Of a stretch of 64,000 nt of DNA, positions 22,701 through 34,933 are shown in pieces. Below the pieces are notes generated by a model. It was not told where the DNA came from, did not search any database, and saw only the letters and a list, made by a program, of their open reading frames with translations. A program made the translations under genes and the position numbers. This stretch comes from Oopsacas minuta. Taxonomy: Eukaryota; Animalia; Porifera. Numbering within the stretch: position 1 is the stretch's first letter; the number at the start of each line of letters is the position of its first letter. The stretch is taken from contig JAKMXF010000311.1 in the NCBI GenBank assembly GCA_024704765.1, forward strand, positions 310,001-374,000. Reading direction: 5' to 3'.

Positions 22701-25700
22701 CTGTATCCTCCAGACAATATTCTAATAGAAATAATACGTATAAACACAAATTCTCGCTTAATAACGTAAGATTTGTGAATGAAGGACTTATTTTCAGATA
22801 ATTCAAATTTTCTAGATTTTCCAATGTATATTCAGCCTTTAGAACACTGAAAAATGTTTGTACTCAAAATATGTTCGATTCCTTGCTATTAAACAACAAT
22901 GCAATTCATTATTTAATTCGAAAGAACATTCACATTCTCAAATATTATATTTTTCCAATGATATTAACAGAATGTTTACTTGCCAATATAAACACCTCAC
23001 CTCAACCTATATGCATTTTATTATGAGTAATTATCTTGCAAATTACTTTAAATTGCATGAACTTGTTAAAAACCCAAATATTTCCCTACGCAATTAATAT
23101 GAATAACAATCGACTTTGCTAATTAAACTCTATCACATATTTGTAATGTCTGGATTATTAAGAATTTCTTAAAAGCAATCAAGTTTTTCATTAAAGATTC
23201 ACATCACTAAAGTTTGATGCAATTGTTTCACAAATTACAAATGTAAATTTACCAATAACATCGTAGCTATACGAGGGAATTATAATTGCCTTGAATATAT
23301 TCACATACCCTGACAGGCTCCAGTATTAGTGGTGACGTCACACACACATAGATCTCCCGCATAATCTCTACACTCAATTTCACAGCGAGTTCCTGTTGTT
23401 GTACGTGATGTACAACTACATACAGGCTCGCGATCTTGTGTTACAAAGCATTGTCCGCTGTTACATGAATAGCCAGCACATGGATCGATTAAATTTTCAC
23501 AAATAAGTCCACTGTAGTTAGAAGGGCATTCACAGATAGCACTGTCTTCTCCACTTATGCATGTACCGCCGTTTAAGCAGGGATAAGGTGAACAGAAATC
23601 TACTTCATGTTCGCAAGTAGCTCCTCTGTAGCCTGTTACGCAATTACAAGTGTAGTCTTCTTCTCCAGGAATACATTCTCCATGTCCATTACAAGGTAAA
23701 GTTTCTACGTCGCAGAAAGACATTTCAATTCCGCAATTTTTTCCTGTAAATATAATACAGTCAAATACAGTCAATTCTCGTTAAATCGACGCTCAAGGGC
23801 CCGCGATAATTACTTCGATATACCAAAAATTAACTGTACGTATGTTTACCTGTAAATCGCCTTGATGGGCAGATACAATTATAGTCATTAACCCCATCAA
23901 CACATACAGCTCCATTTTCACAAGGATTATCATTACATTCATTAATATTCCGACAATCTGGCTGTGCATAGCCCGGTAAACATTCACAGATGTAGTTTGG
24001 AGTATCTTCACTGTCCAAACATATTGATCCTTCTCCGCAGGGATTGTGGTGATATATATTGTAGTAATTAGGACATTGAACTCCTAGATAAGTTACAAAT
24101 GAATACAGAGAGTTTAATTTACATTAGATGTTTGGGAATACAAACTTACAACTCCTTATTATATTCGCAAAATCACTTTTTCGAATTTTACATCCATAAA
24201 AGGCAATTTCAGGCCAGTATTCAGCAAAAATGTGCAAATATTTCGCTGGATTTCTTCCAGCGAATATTTGATGTAGAGTTGACAAGTACTGAAATATGAA
24301 CTTACTCTGATCTGGCGTATCAAGACTTAAACTAGCAATCAAATCATCTCCATGTATTGTAGTTATATACAACTCAAATGTGTAATAAGAGTTTGACTCA
24401 AGATTGAAGAATAATGCACTTCTCCTATCAATAGGTAGATGAATTAATGTACTCTGATTTGATGTAGTTATTCGATTCATAGAAATAGATTCTATTAGGC
24501 TTGAGAGATCTTCTAGTGAGGGCTCAGTCTCTAATTGCCAATCCAGACTAACTGATTCTGCTGATTTGAGTGTTGCTTTGAAACTATTAATACTCAATAT
24601 ATGTTCTAAAACAAATAAAATAGGATGACGTAATTATTTATGAGTGACAAATATTGGCTAATACATAGAGCAATGGAGTAGCATTTTTCGGCGTCCCTTT
24701 GCAACCTGCTGGTGGAGGTCACACAGCACCAATTTTAACACCACCCCTCCTACCGTTAGTGGTCTACCAAAGGGTCCATGGAACTGGGAACCGATGCTAT
24801 AGCTGTTCAATCTCGCAGTAAATATTTCAATAAGAACTTACCATTACAAGATGATCCATCTAAATCCAGATAGTAACCAGTATCACAACTACATTCATAT
24901 GAACCATAACTGTTTGTACAAGAATGATCACAAATATTACTGTTTGCACATTCATCAACATCTAAATAAATAAATAAACAAGTAAACAAACTGACAACAA
25001 CATTTAGATTGCAAAATAATGAAAATTTGTAATTTTACCTTGCTCGCATGTAGTACCAATATATTGAGGCATACAAATACACTCATCAGGACGAAAACAT
25101 ATTCCACCATTCTGACAATCTTGTTCACAAATAGCTGTAAGATAGAAATAAACAAGTAAATATTATGAATCAATACTTACATATTATTTACTCACGTGTA
25201 CATAGGTTTTCACGTCCAATAATTTCCTTGTATCCCTCGCAGCAAGATGGCTGTGTTTTAATAATTGTACTTTCTACAAGTCTTGTTTTAAGAGAAGTTA
25301 TAACTCTAAAGTAATTGAAAATGTAAAATTTAAGGCAATTGTTAATTGGAAATTTGCTCTACACACAATTACCTTGTCTTCTCAATTTTTCTAGGACATC
25401 TGAATGTAGGGAAGAAGGGACAATATACATATTCTATCGTAATGTATGTTGTTAGGTAAGTAGCTGTATATGTTTCTGGTACTAGTGTGAAATATCTTTT
25501 TTGTGTTGTACAACTTTTTGGTACTTCTATCAAATTGGAGCTGAAGGAAGGAAAGAGGGTAATCATGTAATATCATAGGAACTTGATTCGGAGGATACAT
25601 ACAACTGTTTCGTAGGAAAACAGGAAATAATTTTCCAAAGCAGAAATATAATGTTAAGCACAGTGGAGGTATCTTATTAACATTCAACAAGTTGTAATTT

Positions 25701-26152
25701 GCAGGAATGTATCCTTGAAAATACGCTAACTTGCTATTAGAGGAATTATTTCAAATACAAATGTGAAAAATAATTTGCTTATTTAGGTGAATATTGTAAA
25801 TAAGCGAACTCGACAGTATAACGAAAAGATGAACTATGTTACATCTAAATAATCTGTATTGAACGAAGAAATAAATCTTTGCGTGTAACAATTCAATGAA
25901 TAATTATTTATAAAATAAGGAATATTTAGATTTGATTAAAACGGGTTTAATTAATATTTGATTATTTAGAGTTAATAAATGATTTCTTGAAATATTTGAT
26001 GCGAATTGTATTTATTTTCTATAAAACAGTTCGCAAGAATTCCTCCTGTTTAAGATGAGCAAAATTGAAAGAATAAATATCTCCAAATATCAAACTTACC
26101 TTGCTTGGCTAAATGACAAATACAGTAAAAATAAAATTAGAACAAAATGCAT
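16755..26152 (-). CDS. Adhesion GPCR: signal peptide, EMI-like, EGF/EGF-Ca, FN3, EGF x5, HRM, GAIN/GPS, 7TM
   Basis: Signal exon 26152-26100 (MHFVLILFLLYLSFSQA). EMI-like exons approx 25540-25190, EGF exons 25140-23320, FN3-like 24597-24310, HRM exons approx 22720-22395. GPS reads CVYLNKQG|RWSTDGI...ICNAYHL/SLFAV. TM exons 20070-18600. Some 3' exon boundaries are uncertain. Confidence 0.8.
17748..17909. mobile_element. Tigger/pogo-like MITE, family A
   Basis: TA-CAGTCAACTCC...GGGAATTGACTG-TA: inverted termini plus TA duplication, 162 bp, intronic. Confidence 0.75.
18321..18425. mobile_element. Tigger/pogo-like MITE, family A
   Basis: TA-CAGTCAACTCCCGTTAC...TAACTGGAGTCGACTC-TA. A second TACAGT-starting element follows at approx 18452. 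Confidence 0.65.
19282..19393. mobile_element. TA-flanked MITE (CAGTGTAACCTC family)
   Basis: TA-CAGTGTAACCTC...GAGTTTCACTG-TA. The core gccgaaaaatgctac is shared with 24675-24730 and 54236-54290; the CAGTGTAACCTC end recurs near 6380. Confidence 0.6.
21395..21532. mobile_element. MITE with approx 24-bp imperfect TIR
   Basis: aacctacacacacggggcctcagg versus reverse complement aacctacataaacggggtgtcagg. A related end occurs at 42974-43015. Confidence 0.55.
22503..22570. mobile_element. Family A MITE, 68-bp deletion derivative
   Basis: TA-CAGCCAAATCC...GGGAATTGACTG-TA. Confidence 0.6.
23768..23836. mobile_element. Family A MITE, 69-bp deletion derivative
   Basis: TA-CAGTCAATTCTCG...AAATTAACTG-TA. 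It occupies most of an approx 100-bp intron between EGF exons. Confidence 0.6.
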
Positions 26153-26195
26153 TGGATATGTGTGGAATTTATAATTATTATCTGACAAAAGGTGT

Positions 26196-26197
<2 letters not shown>

Positions 26198-26231
<34 letters not shown>
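26198..26231. repeat. (TA)17 microsatellite
   Basis: Perfect dinucleotide run lying between two divergent GPCR start codons. Confidence 0.95.
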
Positions 26232-26234
<3 letters not shown>

Positions 26235-26371
26235 ACAGTATAAATAATAAACAGCTATAAATTAAATTATCACAACGTAATCAGAAAGTATAGAATTACA
26301 GATGTAGTCATATCTTTAAAACTGATTCAGTTAGTTTTAAAATTGCATTAGGGAGTTTCATTAGATTATAC

Positions 26372-27355
26372 ATGTCAACGAATTACACAAATTCATCGTC
26401 AACATGCCAAACAGATGGTCATGAAAGTCTCGTATGCAATTTAGCTTTCGGGTTGAAGACACTCTCATCGCTTTTCTCAATTATTGGATGTAGCTTATTA
26501 ATAGTGTATATGTTTTTTTATAAGCTCTACAAACACCCGAATCAAAGAATATTAATTTACATGACTTTAACTTCACTTTGTTTTGGGATATCGTTCCTAG
26601 TCGGTTACTGGTATAATCCCGGTATATGGTGTACAATACAAGGAGCGTTATTGCATTTTCTAGCCTTACTACAAGTATACTGGTTCGCAGTTATCGTAGT
26701 CAATCTGTATATTAATGTTGTCTTCTTCAAACGGACTACTAAATGGTTAGAGATAGTGTTTGTTTGTTTATCACCGATTGTACCCCTCATTACTTGTATC
26801 ATTCCTATTCCTTTCAATGCGTACGGACCAGCGGGTGTGTGGTGTTGGATCTCAATAGACCCAGCTCTTGGCTTGGAGCATACAGGCAATATCCTACGTT
26901 GGTCATTATACTATGGGATTCTAACCTCCGTTCTTGTGTTAATTATACTCGCGTATATTCTTCTAATCATAATCATGTTATATAAGACAGAAAAGTTGTC
27001 ATGTGGGGGAGTACGGACAAGATCGTGGTCAATGGGAGAAGTCAAGAAAATTGGAATTCTAAAAGATATATTCGAACATAGCTCAACTAGTTTCTTAGCT
27101 TTCCCAATTGTTTGTGTAATTGTTTACATATTTCCTATAACAAATAGATTCCTGAATCTTATTTTCCCTTACGAGGAATTTGAATGGCTGTTAATAATAC
27201 AAGCATTCATTAGCCCACTGATCGGATTTTTGATTGTATCAGCTTATATGTTGGACAAAACATTTTGGAAAAATCTCAAATACACTAATATGAGAGACCA
27301 GTATATATCTTGGAGGTTCAAAACAGTCGTTACAGAATATCCAACTAACGAATAG
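26372..27355 (+). CDS. cAMP-receptor-like (CAR/GCR1/GPR157-type) 7TM GPCR, intronless
   Basis: 327 aa with seven hydrophobic segments and the family motifs WCTIQG and YGPAGVWCWI. Confidence 0.85.
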   Translation: MSTNYTNSSSTCQTDGHESLVCNLAFGLKTLSSLFSIIGCSLLIVYMFFYKLYKHPNQRILIYMTLTSLCFGISFLVGYWYNPGIWCTIQGALLHFLALLQVYWFAVIVVNLYINVVFFKRTTKWLEIVFVCLSPIVPLITCIIPIPFNAYGPAGVWCWISIDPALGLEHTGNILRWSLYYGILTSVLVLIILAYILLIIIMLYKTEKLSCGGVRTRSWSMGEVKKIGILKDIFEHSSTSFLAFPIVCVIVYIFPITNRFLNLIFPYEEFEWLLIIQAFISPLIGFLIVSAYMLDKTFWKNLKYTNMRDQYISWRFKTVVTEYPTNE

Positions 27356-28128
27356 ACATATTATTTATTTGTTTTAATATTTTAATTAGTTCAGAGTGAT
27401 GTGAGTGTTTCATATATTTGAATTTACTTATAATGTGTGTGGATTATCATATGAGTATATTGGTTATAACACTACATTCCTGATATGTAATAGCAGCTCT
27501 CCCGCGATGCGTACGGCTTAACCGAATACGGCTGGGAAATGGGTAAGACGTGATGCTAAATAATTTAGCGTTCGTTCAATTGCGCTCGTAACACATACCG
27601 AATTGAAATGATGCGTTTTGTCTATCTAGCACAATATAGGACTTAATCAGAACAGATGCTAATAGGAATTCTTGTGGGAATTTGATGAAGTATTATAATA
27701 TCATTTACATAAATGTAAATGCTTGATGATGATAATCACACCCAAAACATTATATACAACACAAGTTTCTGTGTAATTAGCATTGTTGTATTCATAACTC
27801 GGAAAGAGACCGACAAAATATTGTAATGAGTTGATAATAATATGCTATCAAGGAAAGCAGCATAAAAGATCGCTGACTAACTTCAAAAGACCAAATTACA
27901 AGAAAACGATTAATGTATCTTTTGGAGAATCAAGCAAAATAGGCTGCAAGCAATGTAAATTGATGATTTTACCCACGAAAATCATCAATTTACATTACTT
28001 AGCCTGGAGCAAATAGAAACAACTAAATTGTGGCATTGGAAGCTATAGCTTGTAATTAGACCATATCTATTCAATACTATAGCCATATTAGCCAGGTTGA
28101 AATAGATATTAAAATATTTTGGAGAAGA

Positions 28129-28338
28129 ATGGATCTAAGACAGTGCATACAGGAGGATTGGAACAATAGACAGTTTATTGAAACCATCACGACGAGTATC
28201 GCGAAAATCGCGGATTTCTTGAATAATTTGGATCTAAGTTGCCGTGGACAGTTGTCAGAACTTGGAGAGAAGTTAACATTGATGGAACGAAAGATTGACT
28301 ATCTTGAAGCGAAGATAGACAAACATGAGCAAAAATAA
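28129..28338 (+). CDS. BRK1: BRICK1/HSPC300, WAVE complex subunit (intronless)
   Basis: QEDWNNRQFIETITTSIAKIADFLNNLDLSCR...LERKIDYLEA matches BRK1 [32 protein letters not shown]. Confidence 0.95.
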   Translation: MDLRQCIQEDWNNRQFIETITTSIAKIADFLNNLDLSCRGQLSELGEKLTLMERKIDYLEAKIDKHEQK

Positions 28339-28702
28339 TACTTACTATATCCCATTCTCCTTTGTGTGTAAATAATTAATCATATTATCATACATTAATA
28401 TATGTAGTCTAGTTTGCTATTAAATTTTGTTGTCTTATAATTCTGGCTTGCCAGAGAGTTCAACATTTCACCTACGGCAAGAACTTAGCATGAATCATGA
28501 ATTTGATGTAAACTGTTTCATTTATATTTTTCTTAACTATTCTTAGTAGAATTCGCCAAATTAGTGAAATTATCTATACTTAACATACTCTGATGACTAT
28601 TGTACTAGATTTGACTCAATTTAATCTTATACAATTATCAAAAATTACATATAAGTTGAAGAGTCATTCTAGTTATTTGATGTATTGGAAGTAATATTAA
28701 TT

Positions 28703-31700
28703 CTAAATTTGATCATTATCGACTGGCTCTTCAACTATTCCATCTGTGTTTGAATTCTCAACGATTGTATCTTCGTTACCGACGAATTCGGGGATTTCTG
28801 TCAAATTGCTTTCACTCTCATCATAGGGTGGAGGTAAATGCACGAATGTGGACTCGTCTTGATCCTGTGGTTCTAAGTTTGAAACGTCAGCGAAGTCGTG
28901 ATTCGGTGAATCAGGCTCGAGTGGAATTGAAGCTGAGTCTTTGGTAGATTCATCAAATATATGGTCTGTTGGTTGATCAAGGTTAACTGGTATTAGCTCA
29001 GATGTCTCTCTGTCCAAATTGAATTCTGATTGGTTTGTGATGTCTGTTTGGTCACGTGTGAATTCAGAAGTCTCCATAGGGGAGGTATCCTCTTGGAGGA
29101 ATAGTGATTCGTCATTTTCCACTTCTATCATATCTTTAATTTCTGAATTAGATATAAGATACAGAAGAATATAAATATTATACGTACTACTACCAGCACA
29201 TTTTACCAATTCCACTGGATTCTCGGTACAATGCAGTTAGCATGTAATATTATTTACCTGCATCTATTGATACTTGTTGAGATAATTCCTCAGTTTCAAG
29301 TGCTTTCGTTATCTCATCGAAATCCGGCTTAACGCCCAAATCCAATGGCTGTTCTGGCTCAACTAATAGTACAGGCTCAGTGACGTCATGAGGAGGTATA
29401 TCTTGTGTATGCTCAGTGAATACTCTCTGTGAACTACTTACACAAACGCTAGGAATAGGAAAACCTGTACTGTTCTGTATGGCTAGTCTTTCTTGGTATA
29501 GATTCTGTTTTTCTTGCAAAAGTTGTTCTCGTTGTATTGCCTGTGATTCTCGTTGTTGATTGAGTACTGACTCTAGTTCTTCAAAATAGTTCATTTTCAT
29601 TTGGAACTTTTTCATTTGGCATTCTACTATGTGAGCTACGAATTGTTGTATTCTTCTCTCTTCTAATTGCATCATTTGCCTAGCCTTTAGACTTGTAATT
29701 GCTAAAGCAGTAGCTCCACCTATCTAAAAATTATAAGGATATTAAGCCAAAATTGTACAAATGGCCCCAAACCATCAAGTAGCATATATTTCATCCATTG
29801 TATCGAAGAATTTTAAGATACTTTGACGGTTTAAGACCATATTTGTACAATTTAAGACTTTGATATAAGCTGGGGTTTCGATGTATCGGGAGTTTACTGT
29901 ACCTCTATGGTAGCTGTATCAGAATTATCAGCTGGTTCTTCAGGTCTGGAGCTAGTAGGAAGATCCTTTGCATCATCGTTAGCAGGCTCCTCATCTCCAA
30001 ACGTTTTATCTTCAGTTACACTTAACTTATCGTCATGATTTGCTTCTGATTGATTTCCCTCTGTATCTGTAATCTGGTCTTCATCCATCTCCGCTACTGT
30101 TTGTCCACCAGTTTCAATCTGTGTTCCATCTGATTTCTCAGGATTTGCATCGACAACTTTGTGTTTTTCAATTTCTGGGTTTTTTGGTGGTTCATTTCGG
30201 ACACAATTGTATTCTTCTATAGCTGCTTTCACTGCGGATTTCGCGATGCGATTGTCAACCAAGCTTGCTATAAGATGATTACAATTACAAATGTATAATT
30301 AGTAACTTATAGCCAAAAGTACAATGCATTCAAATGTTAACATAGCTGAAAGTAGAATTATTTAAAATATGGAATTGAGCAGCGATGATTTTCAATTTCC
30401 CAGATGAACTATTTTAATCAGAGCGTTTACTTGGTAACCAAGATCATTAAGACATTCTTCTTCTTTTCTTCTAAGTAAATTTATAATATTAACAGGTGAT
30501 CAGGACAGAATATTAATTAGCCCTTTATTGTTGTACAAAAGTGGCCTGTGTAAACGGAGAACTTCTGGGAATGGAGTGAACAAGAATAGAGCGAATTGCT
30601 AGCCCCATACAATGAACCTCCATCAACGGAGAATTTGGAAGAAGGGGGAAACGGGGAGTATTTTTCGGCGTCCATATGTACCCCGTTTCTGGCAGTTAAA
30701 TTGGACAACTAGATATAAATTGCTGGTAATAAGAACACCCTTTGGGATCAGCAATACAGTATATGTTCTTATAACCGGTATCAAATATACAGGAGTATAT
30801 CAAAACCGTTTTCCATAGGATGGTGCTTACATATCATTCTGGCATGTTCTTATAACTGGTATACACTATTGTACTCACCTAAAAATGCAACAGCAGACAT
30901 CACAGGGTTCCCTTGCTTAGAAAATGGTATAGGTGTATTCTTCATAGTGTCAGGCCATTTCTCACTCTCTAAGAAAGGATCTTCAATAGGTAGCTGTAGG
31001 AACTGTAATATACATTCTTCTTGTGTCCGTGATGGAACCATTTCTGATACTTTATTCCAGTCATCTCTGAAGATTAAAACGTGTATAAGTTTTGCAAACT
31101 AGCAATAAATAATCCGATTAATTATTAGCATTTGGCTTGAGTCATGCTTTTACAAGAATTAATTTCATTTTCATTTGAGGTCATTATGTGAAAGAATTTG
31201 GAGACACTTGAAGCTAGCAATAATTTAAACTATCAGCAAAATAACCAAATTCCATGGCAGAGAATAAGAATAGCAAATGTATCCAAATTATAATCTAAAG
31301 GTAGGAATCATACATATGTATCATGACGTAGTAATAGAGTGCCAGATGATGTCCATAAGGTTCATGCCATGTTCAGCTATAAGTCAAAATTTCATAAAGT
31401 GCATGGCCCAATTCGACTTCAAATATTAGCTAACCTGTTTGCTTCAATTGCTGACAGTAGTATCTCTGTTTCTGTGTGTGTCCACGGACGAACATCTTTA
31501 GATATTTTCCTAGGAATTTCACCTGATTCTATAGTTGCTTTACTGCTAGTTGGTACTTGTATTGATTTAGTAGTTTCTAAGTATGTATTATGATAAACAT
31601 GACAGATCCATAATGATTTTGTAATATATCTACTTACCTATGTGATCTTTATCCTGCTGTGGTTTATGAGGAGGTAAAGGCTGAATGCCTAGTGGCATAT

Positions 31701-34486
31701 CTACAAGTATATTATAAGCATTAGTTGCAGAGGGTCCCATCTGTAGTGCTTTACGATCCTTGTCCACTTGGTAGTTGATTAAGCCCCACATCTCTAGGAA
31801 ACCATGTACACGCATTATAGCGCATACATCTCCTACTAAGTTCCTCCTACAAGCTGTAACCTATAAAACACATTCCATATCACCTGAATGGTTACTAGGG
31901 ACATGGTTTGGCAAATATGGATTAATATCTGATATCAGTTCGATATTTCTAAAAATAGAAATAACGGAAACAAATATTGAATTTTCTATATTTTGATTTA
32001 GTTTCGATATTTTCTATTTTTTTTATATCAGATATATATGTACTAAACCTCATCATGGATATATAATCAAGATCACACGATAATACTTACAGTCAGAAAT
32101 TCCTTTGGATTCAGTCTGTATATATCAATCATAAAATTCCTATAACTACAATAAATTTCTGGAGTTTTACTCTTGTTTTTCGTGAGAAAGAATTCGGGTA
32201 GAGCTCGTTTTTCTATCCCATGTATACTATCATAATCAAACCAAGCAGCATACGATGGAATTACAATAGTTTGTCCTTGTGGTGATAAAGTGTCTATATG
32301 GACTACTTTAGTATTTGTTATTGTTTGTTTTTCTCGTCGTATATGACGTTCATTCTCAAGTTGTAGTTGTAAGCGTTGCAATTCTGCTTGATGAGTTCTT
32401 TCTAGTTCTCTAACCTAATATGCATGTCGTTAAAACAGGGGGAGGATATTTTTTTATCATATTACACATGAATAGGCTATGCACATTACAAACCCTTTCA
32501 GCTGTCAAAGATCCATCTTCTATTACACTACCTTCTGGTAGAACTTGTACATGCTGTAACATACTATCCTCATTAACTATCGGCATAGAGGTAGCTGAGA
32601 TGTAACTCCTTGATGATTGATTAGTTAATGATTCTTTAGAAAGTATATACTCTGTGTTATTGAATTCCATTATTGTATCTTGAGTTAATAGCGGAGTTTC
32701 TTGTGGTAGGGTTTCTTCATCTGAATACTCTTGTTTGCTACAAGTAGAAAACATGAGCTAAGTTCATGTCAAAATGCGAAAATTCTAAACTTTGTTCATG
32801 ATCTAGCAACACTGAATATTTTAATCTTATGATTAACCTGTTACTTGATTTAGTTTTTATTCCTCTTTTTCTCTTAGAAGATGTTTGTAGTGCTCCTTGA
32901 ATTGAAGATAGAGAAGATGAATTTCTAGATCTCTTCTTAGAAGCTCTTCTTGAGTAAGAATTACTCTCACTAGAGCTCTCTTCTCCATCTGAAGAACCTT
33001 CATTTGTAGGTCTTGATGCTATCTTGTATACCTATATGCAAGGGATAGACGTATATAATTATTATAATTATATATTTACCAACACTTTTGCTATACTCGA
33101 GATTTTCAATATTTTCATGCCGAATCCTGGGATCTCACGTTATTCCCCAGAAATATAGCACAATAGAAATATTCTGGGTATTTTCAAATTTTTCCCTGAA
33201 TAAGACGTGAATTCTAGGCAACGATGCAATTATTCAAGTAAATTATTTCATTCTTACTTTACGAGCGTATCCTTTATGAACTGGAGTAGTAACTCTATAG
33301 TATACTTGATTATACTGACTAATGCCAGGAATACTAGCCAAGTTATGTCCAACTAAATCAGGCTGTGATAAGGGTAGCATAAGGTAATCCTCTTCATTTG
33401 GCCATTCATTGAATAGCTCTAAGTCTGAGAGCCAGCGTGCATTAACGTGAATAGGTGATGTCTGGTTAGGTGGATTTTCTGCGGAAATTCTTGGAATCAT
33501 TTCTGGTATTAGGTCAGCTGTGTGTGTAAACAAATGCATTTCCTAGAACAATATAACAACAGTAATTAGAATGTGTTTTCAATTTGCTTTCAATTGGTCG
33601 TTTTGATGAATTCCTACAGCACAAACCTGTAACCATGTATCATATGAATCAGGGAAATATATCCAATGGACTAATACTCCTTTTCCAGGTTCTCTAGCTA
33701 TAACTCTATACCATGTATGCTCGTCATCAAGATGCTCTTCTGGTGGAGATGGATGTACTATGTGTGTTATAACTGAATCAGCTGTTTCTATATCGTTTAA
33801 TACCTTTCCTTGTCTTGATTCTACTAATTCTGAAAGACTGTGTACTTTGTCACTAGGAATGAAGGGGACGAATGCGATGCGAGGAGGTTTCCATACTCCG
33901 TTAGCTTCTAGATCACGATGTATTTGAAGATAGAGGTCTGTGTTCTTGTCAGCTAAAAGTATTATTGTAAACTTGTTTATCTTTAAGGCAAAAATTGCCC
34001 TTTAAATATCATTAGTTATTCAGCCATAGATGGCGGATTTACTGCAGCAGGGAATCCCCTCATACCAATTATCCCACATTCTGTGGTCCCCTGGGTAAAT
34101 AACTAATATGCATAAGTGGAATTTAAAATACCTCTAGCCGGGGAAGTAAAGTCCAATCGTCTCCAGTTTTGCTCCTGCTTAACTCGTAGACAAGTTGCTA
34201 GTATCCAAGACAGCCCGCCTCCTGGCGTGACGTCATTAATAAGCCGGTATGGTAGTTTAGTGAGAGGCGGATTTGAAGCATTTTTACCAAAACTTTCTTC
34301 TTGAAATACCAACAGCTGTGCTGTGATAGTAGCCAGCTGTTTATTTGTAGGCAGATCACTGCCAATGTATTGACGACAATTGTTTATTAGCCAAATCCTG
34401 ATCTCTTCAAATGTGTTAATAACTTCTTGTTGTTCGTAGTATTTAGGGTCAGGTGCTCCGTTTTGTTTCTTGATTATGTCACTCAT
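28703..34486 (-). CDS. SMARCC2: SWI/SNF subunit SMARCC1/2 (BAF155/170)
   Basis: N-terminus [65 protein letters not shown]...[20 protein letters not shown], and coiled coil [19 protein letters not shown]. About 14 exons. Confidence 0.95.
29740..29899. mobile_element. Family A MITE abutting a SMARCC 5' splice site
   Basis: The minus-strand intron starts G-TA-CAGTAAACTCCC. Internal sequence matches 34630-34792 and 40365-40537. Confidence 0.6.
30715..30868. mobile_element. Family B MITE
   Basis: Repeated gttcttataac(c/t)ggta and ccgttttcca..ggatggtgctta blocks are shared with 10108-10314 and 43020-43085. Confidence 0.55.
33100..33200. repeat. Interspersed intronic repeat (family E)
   Basis: tcacgttattccc...agaaatatagca(c/a)aatag is shared with 42310-42435. 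Confidence 0.45.
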
Positions 34487-34629
34487 TTTATAGTCTATGA
34501 TTAACTTAGTTGATTATTGATTAGATTATATTCCATAATAATAGCTTGCTGTAATTGTCAAAAGTTGTAAAGTTCTGGCATAATAATTTTGGAAATTAGA
34601 TGGATCATGTTAGACATGTAATTGCATTA

Positions 34630-34792
34630 CAGTTAATTCCTATTACATCGAACATGGATATATTAAAATAGCCGCTTATATCGAAGTCTGAAATTGTACA
34701 AATATGGTCACAAACCGTCAGAGTACCGTATATTCCATCGGTTATATGAATTATAGCGGTCCAATGAGCTTCGATATAACAAGAGTTGATTG
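34630..34792. mobile_element. Tigger/pogo-like MITE, family A (near full length)
   Basis: TA-CAGTTAATTCC...AGAGTTGATTG-TA, 163 bp, just upstream of the SMARCC ATG. Confidence 0.72.
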
Positions 34793-34933
34793 TACGTATC
34801 TTGTTTCTTATCGGTAAATTTAAGAAAATGTGAGGAACGATTCAATATTCAACTAATAAATAAATAACATTTGTATAAATGTAAAAGAATAGAAATGAAT
34901 TACAAGGGGTAACGATTATTCGAATTTGTGTAT

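Noticed and set aside
27490-27660. GC-richer patch between the GPCR and BRK1 as a snRNA or other ncRNA
   Set aside because: No match to U1, U2, U4, U5, U6, 5S or 7SL sequences I know, and no Sm site or terminator; probably promoter or TE remnant.
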